Source: an uncultured delta proteobacterium
Lineage (GTDB): Bacteria; Desulfobacterota; Syntrophobacteria; BM002
Direction: 5' to 3'
Length of the DNA stretch: 64,000 bases
NCBI GenBank assembly: GCA_963712115.1
Contig: CAVQGX010000026.1
Coordinates: 1 to 64,000, forward strand
The notes beneath the pieces are model-generated. The model searched no databases and was not told where the DNA came from. It saw only the letters and a list, made by a program, of their open reading frames with translations. Each line of letters begins with the position of its first letter. Within the stretch, counting starts at the first letter, position 1. Made by a program: the position numbers and the translations under genes. Positions 19,305 through 30,363 of the stretch are shown here, piece after piece.

Positions 19305-22300
19305 CTAGACAATAGTTTGGTGGTAATCCTGCAGAGAGCGCACTGTGCTCTGTCTCTTGCGCTTCGCCGCTATGCCCCTTGCCGCGGCCAGGGCGGCAGC
19401 TAGAGTGGTAATGTAGGGCACCTTGTGCTTAATAGCTGCCTTACGTATATAGCTATCGTCATATTTGCTGAGCTTGCCACTGGGCGTGTTGATAACGAGT
19501 TGAATCTCCTTATTTTTTATGGCGTCCACAATGTTGGGACGCCCCTCATGCATCTTGAGAATATGTTCGGATTGGATCCCTTGTTCGCCCAAAAACGCAT
19601 GGGTTCCAACTGTAGCCATGATCTTGAAGCCAAGGTCATCAAACTGGCGAGCCAGCTCAAGCACAGCTGGTCGATCCTTTTCTGAGACAGTGATCAGTAC
19701 AGTTCCTTCCAGAGGAAGGTGCTGTTTGGCTGCCTCCTGAGCTTTATAAAATGCCAGGCCAAAGGAATTGGCCATGCCCAAGACCTCACCGGTGGAACGC
19801 ATCTCAGGTCCGAGGAGGGGATCAACCTCTGGCAACATGTCAAAGGGAAAAACCGCCTCTTTAACGCCAAAGTGGTTAAATGACTGGGGCTTGAGGTCGA
19901 GATCCTTGAGACTCTTGCCGAGCATAAGCTGAGTGGCCAACCGCGCCATGGGGATATTGCAAACTTTTGACACCAAGGGAACGGTTCGAGAGGCCCGTGG
20001 GTTTGCCTCGAGTACGTAAACAGTGTCGTCTGCTATGGCATACTGAATGTTCATTAGCCCTACCACCTTGAGTGCAACCGCCATCCTCTTGGTGTAATCG
20101 TATATAGTGTCGAGATGTTTGGCTGGTATACTGATAGGTGGAATGACGCAGGCGGAATCGCCGGAGTGTATACCTGCCAGTTCTATATGCTCCATAACTG
20201 CTGGGACAAAAGCATCTGTGCCATCGGCAACGGCGTCTGCTTCGGCTTCTATGGCGTTTTCCAGAAACCTGTCGATAAGGATCGGCCGTTCCGGGCTCAC
20301 CTCTACTGCCATGGAAACGTAGTGTTTTAGCATCTTTTCATCGTGGACCACCTCCATGGCCCGTCCCCCGAGAACATATGACGGCCTTACCATTAGAGGG
20401 TAGCCTATGTCTGCGGCAACACTCAGGGCCTCATCCAGGGTGCTGGCCATGCCAGATTCCGGCTGGGGAATACCCAGCTTCCGCATCATCTGGCGGAACC
20501 GATCCCGATCTTCAGCCAAATCAATAGTATCCGGTGAGGTGCCGAGAATGTTAACCCCAGCCTGTGCTAGTTCGTTGGCTATATTGAGGGGGGTTTGACC
20601 GCCGAACTGTACCACGATACCTTCCGGTTTTTCTTTTTCATAGATACTCAAAACATCTTCCACGGTGAGGGGTTCAAAGTAGAGCTTATCAGAGGTATCG
20701 TAGTCCGTTGAGACAGTCTCGGGATTACAGTTAACCATGATCGACTCGTAGCCCTCATCGCGAAGGGCAAAGGCGGCGTGAACGCAGCAGTAGTCGAACT
20801 CGATTCCCTGACCGATACGGTTAGGCCCTCCTCCTAGAACCATGACCTTGGGTCTGTCACTTGTTTCAACCTTGTCAGGTCCATTGTAGGTGGAAAAGTA
20901 GTAGGCGGCATTCTCGACGCCACTTACAGGTACCGGTTCCCATGCCTGAACTAAGCCCAGCTGTATGCGGCGCTCTCTTATCTTAGGCTCTGGGATGGAG
21001 AGGAGTTTTGATAGGTAGCGGTCAGAGAAACCGTCCTGTTTCGCTTGAGCCAGTAATCGGTCCGGCAACTCATTGCCCTTGTAGTGAAGGATTTTTTCTT
21101 CCAGCTCCACAATTTCCTTCATTTGTTGAATAAACCAGGGCTTTATGTAGGTCTTAGCATAAAGGTCATCTACAGTTGCACCTTTGCGGAGAGCCTCGTA
21201 CATAATGAACTGTCGTTCACTCGACGGTTCGGCAAGGAGCTCCATTAGTTGATCCAGAGAACGCTGGTGGAAGTCTTTGGCAAAGCCAAGGCCGTACCGG
21301 CCGTTTTCAAGGGAGCGGATCGATTTCTGAAACGCTTCTTTGTATGTCTTACCAATGCTCATTACCTCACCAACAGCGCGCATCTGCGTGCCGAGCTTGT
21401 CTTCAGCTTCCTGGAACTTCTCAAAGGCCCAGCGGGCGAATTTTACCACTACGTAATCACCTGAAGGCGTGTACTTGTCCAAAGTACCTTCTCGCCAGTA
21501 GGGGATTTCATCTAGGGTCAGGCCTGCAGCCAGCATGGAAGAGATTAGGGCAATGGGAAACCCGGTGGCTTTTGAGGCCAGAGCTGACGAACGCGAGGTT
21601 CTCGGGTTGATCTCGATGACCACTACCCGGCCGGTCTTGGGGTCATGGGCAAATTGAATATTTGTGCCGCCGATTACCCTAATTGCCTCGACAATGTCAT
21701 AAGAATGTTTCTGCAGTCGCTCTTGCAGTTCAGGGTCAATGGTCAGCATGGGGGCGGTGCAGAAGGAGTCTCCTGTATGCACGCCCATGGCGTCAACATT
21801 TTCAATAAAACAAACGGTGATCATCTGGTTCTTGGCATCTCGTACCACTTCGAGTTCAAGTTCCTCCCATCCTAGAACCGACTCCTCCACCAGTACCTGG
21901 CCCACGAGACTCGCCGACAGACCACGGCTCGTCACAACCCGCAACTCCTCAACATTGTAAACCAGACCACCTCCGGTTCCACCCATGGTGTAAGCGGGGC
22001 GAAGAACCACCGGATACCCCAACTCCGAAGCGATTTTCTCTGCTTCTTCTACACTGAAAGAAGGGGAACTTCTCGGCATGTCGATGGAGAGTTTGTTCAT
22101 AGTATCTTTGAAAGCGATCCTGTCCTCACCGCGCTCGATTGCATCTATCTCTACCCCGATGACTTTTACCCCGTATTTGTCGAGCACCCCGGCACGGGCC
22201 AACTCCGAGGAAAGATTCAGTCCCGACTGCCCTCCAAGGTTGGGCAATAGAGCATCAGGCCGCTCTTTCTCTATGATCTCCTCCATGGCTTGGAGATTAA

Positions 22301-22505
22301 GGGGTTCAATATAGGTGACATCTGCCATGCCTGGGTCGGTCATGATGGTGGCCGGATTGGAGTTTGCCAGGACAATTTCATAGCCAAGTTTGCGCAGTGC
22401 CTTGCAGGCTTGAGTGCCGGAGTAATCAAATTCGCAGGCCTGGCCGATTACAATCGGTCCAGAACCGATGATCATCACTTTTCGAATGTCTTCCCTTCTT
22501 GGCAT
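19305..22505 (-). CDS. carB: Carbamoyl-phosphate synthase large subunit
   Basis: GSGPIVIGQACEFDYSG, GPNRIGQGIEFDYCC, two ATP-grasp domains, MGS domain. Confidence 0.98.
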   Translation of the reverse strand: MPRREDIRKVMIIGSGPIVIGQACEFDYSGTQACKALRKLGYEIVLANSNPATIMTDPGMADVTYIEPLNLQAMEEIIEKERPDALLPNLGGQSGLNLSSELARAGVLDKYGVKVIGVEIDAIERGEDRIAFKDTMNKLSIDMPRSSPSFSVEEAEKIASELGYPVVLRPAYTMGGTGGGLVYNVEELRVVTSRGLSASLVGQVLVEESVLGWEELELEVVRDAKNQMITVCFIENVDAMGVHTGDSFCTAPMLTIDPELQERLQKHSYDIVEAIRVIGGTNIQFAHDPKTGRVVVIEINPRTSRSSALASKATGFPIALISSMLAAGLTLDEIPYWREGTLDKYTPSGDYVVVKFARWAFEKFQEAEDKLGTQMRAVGEVMSIGKTYKEAFQKSIRSLENGRYGLGFAKDFHQRSLDQLMELLAEPSSERQFIMYEALRKGATVDDLYAKTYIKPWFIQQMKEIVELEEKILHYKGNELPDRLLAQAKQDGFSDRYLSKLLSIPEPKIRERRIQLGLVQAWEPVPVSGVENAAYYFSTYNGPDKVETSDRPKVMVLGGGPNRIGQGIEFDYCCVHAAFALRDEGYESIMVNCNPETVSTDYDTSDKLYFEPLTVEDVLSIYEKEKPEGIVVQFGGQTPLNIANELAQAGVNILGTSPDTIDLAEDRDRFRQMMRKLGIPQPESGMASTLDEALSVAADIGYPLMVRPSYVLGGRAMEVVHDEKMLKHYVSMAVEVSPERPILIDRFLENAIEAEADAVADGTDAFVPAVMEHIELAGIHSGDSACVIPPISIPAKHLDTIYDYTKRMAVALKVVGLMNIQYAIADDTVYVLEANPRASRTVPLVSKVCNIPMARLATQLMLGKSLKDLDLKPQSFNHFGVKEAVFPFDMLPEVDPLLGPEMRSTGEVLGMANSFGLAFYKAQEAAKQHLPLEGTVLITVSEKDRPAVLELARQFDDLGFKIMATVGTHAFLGEQGIQSEHILKMHEGRPNIVDAIKNKEIQLVINTPSGKLSKYDDSYIRKAAIKHKVPYITTLAAALAAARGIAAKRKRQSTVRSLQDYHQTIV

Positions 22506-22802
22506 ACTAATCTCCTGTAATTGACTGATTCCGAGGGAGCTTAAAACCCAGAGTGATTCCAGGCTGGATGGAATATATAGGGAAGCACCTATTGGGTGTC
22601 AAGCTTAAACAAAAAAAATGTCATTAGCACTACTAATAAAAATTCCTAGCCCGGATCTTTCAAGAATTGTTGTCACGAGACCACGTAGCTGGGAACCCGC
22701 TTGTCGTAGATGGCGCTTGCGGTGCTGGCCTGAGCGGAGCGAGCGCGAAGATCCTCAAGGCGAGGACTGAGGAGAGTGCTGAGGGATTACCTTGGAGTTG
22801 GA

Positions 22803-25800
22803 TCAAAGGGCCGGTTCATCCGACAGCCGGTCTGCCCGCAATAGTCTTTTAATGTCTTCTACCATCAGATAAAGGGTTGGAACCAGCAGCAGGGTAATCA
22901 GGGTGGCGAACATGATGCCGAATCCCAGTGAGACGGCCATGGGAATCAGAAATCTGGCCTGGCGGGAGGTTTCGAAAATCATGGGCGCCAGCCCACCAAA
23001 GGTGGTAAGGCTTGTTAGCAGAATCGGTCGAAACCGGTGGATGCCAGCCTCACGAACTGCCTGGTGTCTACCCAAGCCAGCTCTTTGCTTGCGGTTGGCA
23101 AAATCAATCAGCACTAGGGAGTCATTGACCACCACCCCAGAAAGGGCGACAACACCGAAGAGGCTCATGACGCTCAGACTGTAGCCCATGAGCAGGTGGC
23201 CGATCACTGCCCCGACAATCCCGAAGGGGATGGAGATCATAATGATCACCGGCTGGATATAGCTGTTGAAGGGCACGGCCAGCATGGCGTAAATGACTAT
23301 CAACGCCATCATCAGGCCTCTTAAAAGGCTTTGGGTGCTTTCGCGCGTGTCAGCCTGCCTGCCTTCGAAACTGAAGGTCAAACCAGGATATTTAAGCTGG
23401 AGAGCGGGGAGAATTTCCGATTTCACTGACCCCAGGATCAGGCCGGCTTTGCTCCTGGGGCGGACATCGGTTGACACCGTTACGATCCGGCGACCGTCCC
23501 GGCGATCGATGGTGGTGTAGGCGCGGCCACGTTTTACGTTCACGGCTTCTCGCAACGGTATCTCCGATCCTACCGGTGTGCGCAGGATCATCTCTTCCAG
23601 ATTATACTCAGATGTCCGCTCATCTCGAGGCAAGCGCACCATCACCTTGACCTCGTTCCGACCCCTCTGCTGGCGAAGAGCTTCGGCGCCGTAGTAGGCG
23701 TGGCGGACCTGACGAGCGACTTCCTGGGAGGTGAGCCCTAGGCTTCGACCCGCGGGGGTGATGCGGAAATCGAGCTGATACTTTCCCGGGGAAAACCCGT
23801 CGTCGATGTCCGCTACCTCCGGATAGGGTGCCAGAGCCTCCGCCAGATCCGCGCTGGCTCGCTCGAGGACGTGGACATCTCGGTGACTGAGCTCCACAGA
23901 AATGGCGGCTCCGCTGCCGGGGCCGCCGGCGTCGGATTCAAATTTGATTGATTCGAGCCCGGGGATAATTCCCACCTCTGTGCGCCAGAGTTCCGTCACC
24001 CGGGCGGTGGAAATGGGGCGCTCTCCCGGAGGGGTCAGATACAAACGCACTTCCGCCTGATTGCCGGTGATTACCGCAAAGATCCCCTCAGCCAGTCTGT
24101 CGTCACCGTTGTGAGCCACGATCTTCTGGGCCGCTGACACCAGTCTTTCCTGTACCTTTGCGGTCTTTTGAAAGGCAGTGCCAAAAGGAAGCACCGCGGT
24201 TACCTTGGCGTAGTCTGACTCCACCTTGGGAAAGAGTTCAAAGCCCATTCTGCCGCTCTTGATGTACCCTCCAGTGATCAAGAGCACGGCAAGGCCGATG
24301 GAGAAGGTCACGTAGCGATAGCGAAGGACCACATCGAGAAAAGGGCCGTAGCGGGTTTGGACCATCCGGCTGAAGAAACGGCTGAATCGCTGTTGACCAT
24401 TATGGAGCCATGCGAAAACCCCACTGCGAGTGCGCTCCTTGCTGTGGCCGATGTGGGCCGGGAGGATGAACAAGCTTTCAATCAGAGATATGGCGAAGAC
24501 GCTGATTACCACAATGGGTATCTGCTTGAAGACTTTGCCCATAAAACCGGGAATAAAGAACATTGGCATGAAGGCCACCATATTGGTCAGCACGCTGAAG
24601 GTGACGGGCATGGCTATTTCCCGCGCACCTGTCACCGCAGCCTCGAACCAAGGCAGCCCAGTCTGATGGTGGTGATAGACGTTTTCACCCACCACTATGG
24701 CGTCATCCACCACGATTCCCAGGGTGACGATAAAGGCAAACATGGATACCAAATTGATGCTGACCCCGAAGACCGGCAAAATCAAAAGCGAGCCAAGAAA
24801 CGATATGGGGATGCCCAGGCTCACCCAGAAGGCGAGACGGGCCTCGAGAAAAACGGCAAGAAGAATGAATACCAGACCCAGACCAAGGTACCCGTTAGTC
24901 AGCAGCAAATCCATACGCTGTTGGTAGATGTCGGATCGATCATAGCGGCTTTCAAGCGTAACACCCTTGGGCAAAATCTGGCTGTTGATAATGGCGAGTT
25001 CTTGTCTCACCGCCTGGGAAACGGAGGTAGGGGTCTGATCTCCTACCCGGTAGACTTCAATCAATACCGCTTGCTTACCGTTGTAAGTAGCAAAATTGTC
25101 GGTTTCTTCGAATCCGTCCCTAATGGTAGCGATGTCTTCCAGCAGAACCCGGGTCCCATCCTGGGTGGTTACAATCGGTACCTGGGCGAATTCCCGTCCA
25201 TAGTCACGTCGATCCTTGACGCGCAACAGAACATCACCACTTTCGCTTTTTATGGATCCTCCAGGAAGTTCAACGGATGCCTGCCTGATCCGTTGCGCCA
25301 CCTCGCCCAGGGTCAAGTTGTAGGTGCGCAGGTTGTTCTGGGGGATCTCGATGCTGATCTCGAGGGGGCGGACGCCCACCATTTCCACCTGGGTTATTGC
25401 CGGATCCTGCAGGAACCGATCACGCACCACTTCAGCCAGCTCCCGGAGCACCCGCTCGCTTTCATTTCCGTAAAGGGCCAGAGAAACCACGAATCGTTTG
25501 CGTTTGGCGATCACAACCTGGGGCTCTTCCGCCTCTTCGGGAAACGAGGTGATCCGGTCAACCTCGTTCTTGATATCCTGCGCGATGGCCTGGATATCTT
25601 CGCCCTCATGAATTTCTGCAGTTACTCGAGCGACGCCTTCTGCGGCCGAGCTGGTCACTTTCTTGATCCCTTCCAGGTCGAGGATGGCCTCCTCGATGGC
25701 CAGGACAATACCCCTTTCTATCTCTTCCGGACTTGCGCCAGGATAGGGAACTGTAATGTTCACCATGTCGAGCTCGTAGTCGGGAAAAACCTCTTTTTTG

Positions 25801-25925
25801 ATCTTCAGGCTGAAGATCAAACCACCCACGAGGAGTAGCAGCATCAACAAATTGGCGGTGACCGAGTGTCCGGCCATCCAACCGATGGTACCGCTTGTAC
25901 GTTTTTCTGTTGTTGCAGCTTTCAT
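22803..25925 (-). CDS. RND efflux transporter permease (AcrB/AcrD/AcrF family)
   Basis: 1040 aa; GIVVDDAIVVGEN, GVVVNDSLVL, RFRPILLTSLTT. Confidence 0.95.
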   Translation of the reverse strand: MKAATTEKRTSGTIGWMAGHSVTANLLMLLLLVGGLIFSLKIKKEVFPDYELDMVNITVPYPGASPEEIERGIVLAIEEAILDLEGIKKVTSSAAEGVARVTAEIHEGEDIQAIAQDIKNEVDRITSFPEEAEEPQVVIAKRKRFVVSLALYGNESERVLRELAEVVRDRFLQDPAITQVEMVGVRPLEISIEIPQNNLRTYNLTLGEVAQRIRQASVELPGGSIKSESGDVLLRVKDRRDYGREFAQVPIVTTQDGTRVLLEDIATIRDGFEETDNFATYNGKQAVLIEVYRVGDQTPTSVSQAVRQELAIINSQILPKGVTLESRYDRSDIYQQRMDLLLTNGYLGLGLVFILLAVFLEARLAFWVSLGIPISFLGSLLILPVFGVSINLVSMFAFIVTLGIVVDDAIVVGENVYHHHQTGLPWFEAAVTGAREIAMPVTFSVLTNMVAFMPMFFIPGFMGKVFKQIPIVVISVFAISLIESLFILPAHIGHSKERTRSGVFAWLHNGQQRFSRFFSRMVQTRYGPFLDVVLRYRYVTFSIGLAVLLITGGYIKSGRMGFELFPKVESDYAKVTAVLPFGTAFQKTAKVQERLVSAAQKIVAHNGDDRLAEGIFAVITGNQAEVRLYLTPPGERPISTARVTELWRTEVGIIPGLESIKFESDAGGPGSGAAISVELSHRDVHVLERASADLAEALAPYPEVADIDDGFSPGKYQLDFRITPAGRSLGLTSQEVARQVRHAYYGAEALRQQRGRNEVKVMVRLPRDERTSEYNLEEMILRTPVGSEIPLREAVNVKRGRAYTTIDRRDGRRIVTVSTDVRPRSKAGLILGSVKSEILPALQLKYPGLTFSFEGRQADTRESTQSLLRGLMMALIVIYAMLAVPFNSYIQPVIIMISIPFGIVGAVIGHLLMGYSLSVMSLFGVVALSGVVVNDSLVLIDFANRKQRAGLGRHQAVREAGIHRFRPILLTSLTTFGGLAPMIFETSRQARFLIPMAVSLGFGIMFATLITLLLVPTLYLMVEDIKRLLRADRLSDEPAL

Positions 25926-25989
25926 AATCTCAATTTATCACTAGCCCCAAGTAAACAGCCGCCACCGCTACCGCGGCAAGCGGCGTTCC

Positions 25990-26194
25990 TAGCCCGGATA
26001 TTTCATGAATTCACGCCCTGGCGTGACTGCGACCACGGACATGGCCATCCTTCCTGGCGTCCTCGGGTGTCGGCCCCTGCGACGTACCATTCAGGTACGC
26101 CTCTGCACCAATCCCGCGTTACCGCGGGACGGTTGCCAGGTGGCACGCCCATCTTGGCGGTCTCGGGACAGCAATTCATGAAATATCCGGGCTA
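25990..26194. mobile_element. MITE-like element, 205 bp, perfect 22-bp terminal inverted repeats
   Basis: TAGCCCGGATATTTCATGAATT ... AATTCATGAAATATCCGGGCTA; related solo ends at 22646, 57986, 15867. Confidence 0.8.
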
Positions 26195-26221
26195 CAAAAT
26201 CTATGGCTAAGCACGGGAACC

Positions 26222-27496
26222 TCAGCCGCTTCCCATCTCCTCTCCTCGGGCGGGCTCCGCTGTTTCCGCTCCTTCCATTTGAATCTTCATGCCCTCCACC
26301 GGAGCGGGCAGATCCGAGACGATTAATTTATCTCCAGGGTTCAATCCTTGGTCGAGAAACACCGTTTGCGTATCCCGCCAGATAGTTGTTACCGGGCGAA
26401 TATCCAAGGTTGAGTCATCTGCCACCACCCAGATGGTATCATTGTCCCTCAAGGCGAGGCGGGGAATGCGAAAAACTTGGCTCAGCGGCGAGCCTTCAAT
26501 TTCAACCCGAACATACTCCCCAATAAGCAAAGGGCGAGTCGTTTGTCCAGAGTCTTTCAATCCTAACGGGTCCTTGATCGCGGCCAGGATACGGGCCATG
26601 CGCCCCTCGGTCTCCAAGTCCCCGAGGAGCTTGATGACTTCACCGGTCCGCTCGTAACCGCTTTGATGGACCACCCGTACCTGTGCCCCCTTTTTCCCTT
26701 TCTGGTTGGGGACGGAGATCCATTTCAGATAGTCCACTGGCACTGAAACCTGTATCCAATACTCATCCACGCCCACCAGTTCAGCCAAGGGGTCCTGCGG
26801 GGTAACCAGGGATCCGACCTCTACACTCTTGGTGCGAACAATACCATTGAAGGGTGCTGGGACTGAGGTCCGTTTGAGGTCCAATTCCGCCTTTTTGAGT
26901 TCCGCCTGCTGCGCCTTCAATCTCGCTTGCGCAGCAGCCAGCTGCGGTTCCTTGCCTACTAGTGGCGGCGGTTTGTCGTTTGTATTGGCATCATGGTCAT
27001 AGAGCAAACGCCATTCTTCCTCGGCTGCATTGGCCTCTTCTTCGGCTAGCTCGAGACCGCTTTCTGCGTCTTTCACCTTGGCTTCAGCCAAGGTGACGGT
27101 CAACTGATAATCCACCGGGTCGATTTGCAAGATCTCGGCGTTTTCTTTTATATAGCCGCCTTCGATGAACTCGGGGTGGAGAGAAAGTACTTTCCCTGAC
27201 ACCTGTGCTCTGAGCACCACCTCACGGGCCGGCACCACCGTACCCATGGCCGGAACCATGATGCGATGGTCCCCCGGTTGAACCACCTGCACTTCCACCA
27301 CGGGTATGGCCTTCACCGGCGCCCGCTTCTGAGCCTTAGGGGCTTTGTGGGTAATATAGGTGGCAACCACAAGGCCAATGACAATAACCAGGAGAGACAA
27401 GAGCAGATTGAGTAGACGTCTACCCTTGAGAGAGGTAATTGGTGCGGCTCCCCCCTCTATTTCCTGGTCATGCGTTTCGTTTATCGGTTTTTCCAT
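26222..27496 (-). CDS. RND efflux periplasmic adaptor (MFP) subunit
   Basis: N-terminal TM, LRAQVSGKV lipoyl half, helical hairpin, APFNGIV. Confidence 0.92.
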   Translation of the reverse strand: MEKPINETHDQEIEGGAAPITSLKGRRLLNLLLSLLVIVIGLVVATYITHKAPKAQKRAPVKAIPVVEVQVVQPGDHRIMVPAMGTVVPAREVVLRAQVSGKVLSLHPEFIEGGYIKENAEILQIDPVDYQLTVTLAEAKVKDAESGLELAEEEANAAEEEWRLLYDHDANTNDKPPPLVGKEPQLAAAQARLKAQQAELKKAELDLKRTSVPAPFNGIVRTKSVEVGSLVTPQDPLAELVGVDEYWIQVSVPVDYLKWISVPNQKGKKGAQVRVVHQSGYERTGEVIKLLGDLETEGRMARILAAIKDPLGLKDSGQTTRPLLIGEYVRVEIEGSPLSQVFRIPRLALRDNDTIWVVADDSTLDIRPVTTIWRDTQTVFLDQGLNPGDKLIVSDLPAPVEGMKIQMEGAETAEPARGEEMGSG

Positions 27497-27914
27497 AGCT
27501 GTCCACTTCCGACTAGCTGAGTGGTCTAATTTCGAATCTACTCTTAATCAAGTTCCATCAAGTGATAAGTGGTGAAATCTCCCCTCGAAAAAACTAAAGC
27601 TTGATAGCATACAACTAGTTAATCTATATCGAACCAGTAGTAAAGTCCAAATTAGATGACAGCGCAGACTCCTGCAAATTCAGGATGAAAATTTAGATTT
27701 GCATCAGTGCAATTAACCTGCCAATCTCTCCAAATATTATAAGCTTACCATAGGAGAAGCAAAGGGAAAACTGGGTGCTCTGGCCCTACCTTGATCTTAT
27801 TTATCTTTTTGCGTATTTAAGGGTGGGCTGATGAGAGTAAGGAGTGAGAAGCTAGAATCCAGAATTTAGGAGATAAGCAATCAAAATCGAGGTTATGGTT
27901 ACTGGAATGTCTAA

Positions 27915-28042
27915 TTGCGAATTTCGAATTCAAAATCCGCAATCCCCGCCCGCCATGCGAGCCCGCCCGGCAATCGCCTGAAGGCGAAGCCGATGGCGGA
28001 CGGGCAAGGCGAGGCGGGCGGGCGCAATCCGCAATCCGCAAT
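27915..28042. repeat. CGCAATC heptamer array with nested GC-rich hairpins
   Basis: aatccgcaatc [ccgcccgcc...ggcgggcggg] cgcaatccgcaatccgcaat. Confidence 0.7.
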
Positions 28043-28053
28043 GAAAAAAGTGC

Positions 28054-29358
28054 CTAGTCCTTCTCCAGTCTCACCTTAACCGACCGAGCGTGTGCTTCGA
28101 GACCCTCCAGTTCGGCCAACCGCATGATATCTGCTGCGTCTCGTATCAGGGCCTCTGAAGAATAGGAGATCACGCTGGTCTTTTTGGTGAAGTGATCCAC
28201 ACTAAGGCCCGAGGCAAAACGGGCTGTGCCGGCCGTGGGCAAGACGTGATTGGGGCCGGCAAAATAATCTCCCACAGGTTCGGGAGAGTGGTGACCAAGA
28301 AAAACAGCGCCGGCGTTTTGGATTTTTCCCAAAAGCTGAAAGGGTTGTTCCACCAGCAATTCGAGATGCTCAGGAGCTATCTTATTTGCCAGGGCAAGGG
28401 CAGTGTCCAAATCGCTCACCAGGACAATACCTCCAAATGCGGCCAAGGATTCCTCGGCTACCTGTCTTCTGGGGAGTTCGGCTAGCTGTTCCTCCAGAGC
28501 AGCAGCAGTGGCTTCAGCCAACTCCGCATCCGGAGTAAGCATGAGTGCACTTGCCATGGGATCGTGCTCCGCCTGGCTTAGTAGATCGGCGGCTACATGT
28601 TGGGGATTGGCACTAGAGTCGGCAATGACAAGAATTTCACTGGGCCCGGCTATCATATCGATGCCAACTTGGCCAGCCAGAAGTTTTTTGGCCAGAGTAA
28701 CGTAAATATTCCCTGGGCCCACTATCAAATCCACTGCAGGTATGGTCTCAGTACCGAAGGCGAGGGCTGCTATGGCCCAAGCGCTTCCCACCTTAAAAAC
28801 CTCCCTAATCCCGAGCAGCTGTGCGGTCACAAGGAGATAAGGGTTGACAGTTCCGTCCTGGCGAGGAGGCGTAACCACCTGCAGACGGGGAACTCCAGCA
28901 ATAATCGCGGGAATGCTGTTCATCAGCAGAGAGGAGATTAGGGGGGTTTCCCCAGCCCGTCCACCTGGAATATAGAGACCCGCTGCTGTCACCGGTGTAA
29001 ACATCTGCCCGAGGATGGAACCGTCCTTACAAGGCATGAACCATGAATATCTTCTTTGGGCTTGGTGAAAGGCGGCAATATTTTCCTTGGCACGCTGCAC
29101 AAGACCGCTAAAGTCAGGGTCAACCTCCTTGGCAGCCTCTTTCATTTCTGAGTCACTAACCTTGAGCTCCTCCAATTTTATCCCAGGTGCATCGAACTGA
29201 CGAGTATAGCGTAACAGGGCAGAATCACCCTCGGCTTGCACCGCTTTAATGATTTCCCCCACAGTATGCTCGAGATCCACTGAATAGGATAGAGACCGGT
29301 TAACGATTCGGTCAATCAGGACTTCCGCCTCTTCAGTAGGATAGGTAAGTACTTTCAT
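28054..29358 (-). CDS. hisD: Histidinol dehydrogenase
   Basis: GLYIPGG, GPGNIYV, IDMIAGPSE, LLSQAEHD, APEHLEL, GPNHVLPT. Confidence 0.97.
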   Translation of the reverse strand: MKVLTYPTEEAEVLIDRIVNRSLSYSVDLEHTVGEIIKAVQAEGDSALLRYTRQFDAPGIKLEELKVSDSEMKEAAKEVDPDFSGLVQRAKENIAAFHQAQRRYSWFMPCKDGSILGQMFTPVTAAGLYIPGGRAGETPLISSLLMNSIPAIIAGVPRLQVVTPPRQDGTVNPYLLVTAQLLGIREVFKVGSAWAIAALAFGTETIPAVDLIVGPGNIYVTLAKKLLAGQVGIDMIAGPSEILVIADSSANPQHVAADLLSQAEHDPMASALMLTPDAELAEATAAALEEQLAELPRRQVAEESLAAFGGIVLVSDLDTALALANKIAPEHLELLVEQPFQLLGKIQNAGAVFLGHHSPEPVGDYFAGPNHVLPTAGTARFASGLSVDHFTKKTSVISYSSEALIRDAADIMRLAELEGLEAHARSVKVRLEKD

Positions 29359-29366
29359 CGCGACCT

Positions 29367-29592
29367 CATTAGGGTCCCGGAAACCAAATTCTTTGGTCCG
29401 GGATAAAGTTAATTGGCTTTGTCAGTAAAGATGGCAAGGTGCTTGGAGTAATGGAGTACTGGAGTGTTGGAAAAAGCTAAAAGCGAAATTTCAACTAAAA
29501 TTGTAGTGATCATTACTCCATCACTCCAGCAGACTCCCGCATCAAACAAGGACCAGCTCTAGGGGCAGCTCAAAGTCAGGTCCTCCGGGTCT
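29367..29592. repeat. Repeat element with internal octamer palindrome (GGAGTRNT/ACTCCA)
   Basis: ggagtaat ggagtact ggagtgtt ... cattactcca tcactcca; ends shared with 18890-19197. Confidence 0.7.
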
Positions 29593-29599
29593 GGATTCT

Positions 29600-30361
29600 T
29601 TACTTGTCCCTTGCTACCGCAAAAGCGGTAGGGAAACCCTGTTCCTGCAAACGTTCGGCACCGGCTTCGGCCTGATCTAAGCGAGAATAACGCCCCACCC
29701 TCACCCGGTAGAATGTTTGATCGCCCCGGTCAAAGACCATTACGCTGGCATCGCTGTACTTCCGGCTCAAAGAATCATGGAGCCGCAGGGCGTTCTCCCT
29801 TACCGCAAAGGCCCCCACCTGAATGGTAAAATCACCCTCCATGTAACTAGCAGGCTTTTCGTAAACTTGCACCCATTTTCCGGCCTCACGTTTTTTCCGG
29901 GCGTAACCCAGAGCCTCAATCTTGACGGGCACTACTCCATCTTCCACCATTGCCAGTTCGTCCGCCGAGGTATAGGTGAGGTCGATTATGCGACCGTGGA
30001 CAAATGGGCCGCGGTCATTGATGCGGACTAGTGTCTTTCTGCCGTTTTGCAGGTTCGTTACCCGAACGTAAGTATTGAAAGGGAGGGTTTTATGGGCGGC
30101 AGTACGGCCGTACATGTTATAGCGCTCACCGTTGGAGGTAAGACGGCCGTGAAATTTCCCGCCGTACCAAGAGGCCAAACCACGCTGGGCAAAGCCGGCG
30201 GAAGACGAAATTGGATAGTAGCGCTTACCAGCCACCGTGTAGTAGTCACCCTTCTTTGTCTCTGGGGGGGTGCTGGCGCAAGCGACAAAGAGAAGAAGAA
30301 TAGCTGAGAGGAGAAGCCAGAAGAAAGAGAATTCAAGATGAGTAAACCGGCGTGCACCACG
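29600..30361 (-). CDS. rlpA: Septal ring lytic transglycosylase RlpA family lipoprotein with SPOR domain (start uncertain)
   Basis: Lipobox LFVAC, GLASWYG, TAAHKTLPF, RINDRGPF, IQVGAF; ORF-track N-terminus runs through repeat DNA. Confidence 0.85.
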   Translation of the reverse strand, partial: RGARRFTHLEFSFFWLLLSAILLLFVACASTPPETKKGDYYTVAGKRYYPISSSAGFAQRGLASWYGGKFHGRLTSNGERYNMYGRTAAHKTLPFNTYVRVTNLQNGRKTLVRINDRGPFVHGRIIDLTYTSADELAMVEDGVVPVKIEALGYARKKREAGKWVQVYEKPASYMEGDFTIQVGAFAVRENALRLHDSLSRKYSDASVMVFDRGDQTFYRVRVGRYSRLDQAEAGAERLQEQGFPTAFAVARDK

Positions 30362-30363
30362 AC

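Noticed and set aside
18843-19403. Small ORFs over repeat regions (also 27817-28041, 42434-43024, and N-terminal extensions of aspS and the NtrC regulator)
   Set aside because: Translations of heptamer arrays; spurious.
19305-22505. carB without adjacent carA
   Set aside because: Separation of carA and carB is common; not informative from one window.
24357-25838. 493-aa plus-strand ORF
   Set aside because: Antisense shadow of the RND permease; no recognisable motifs.
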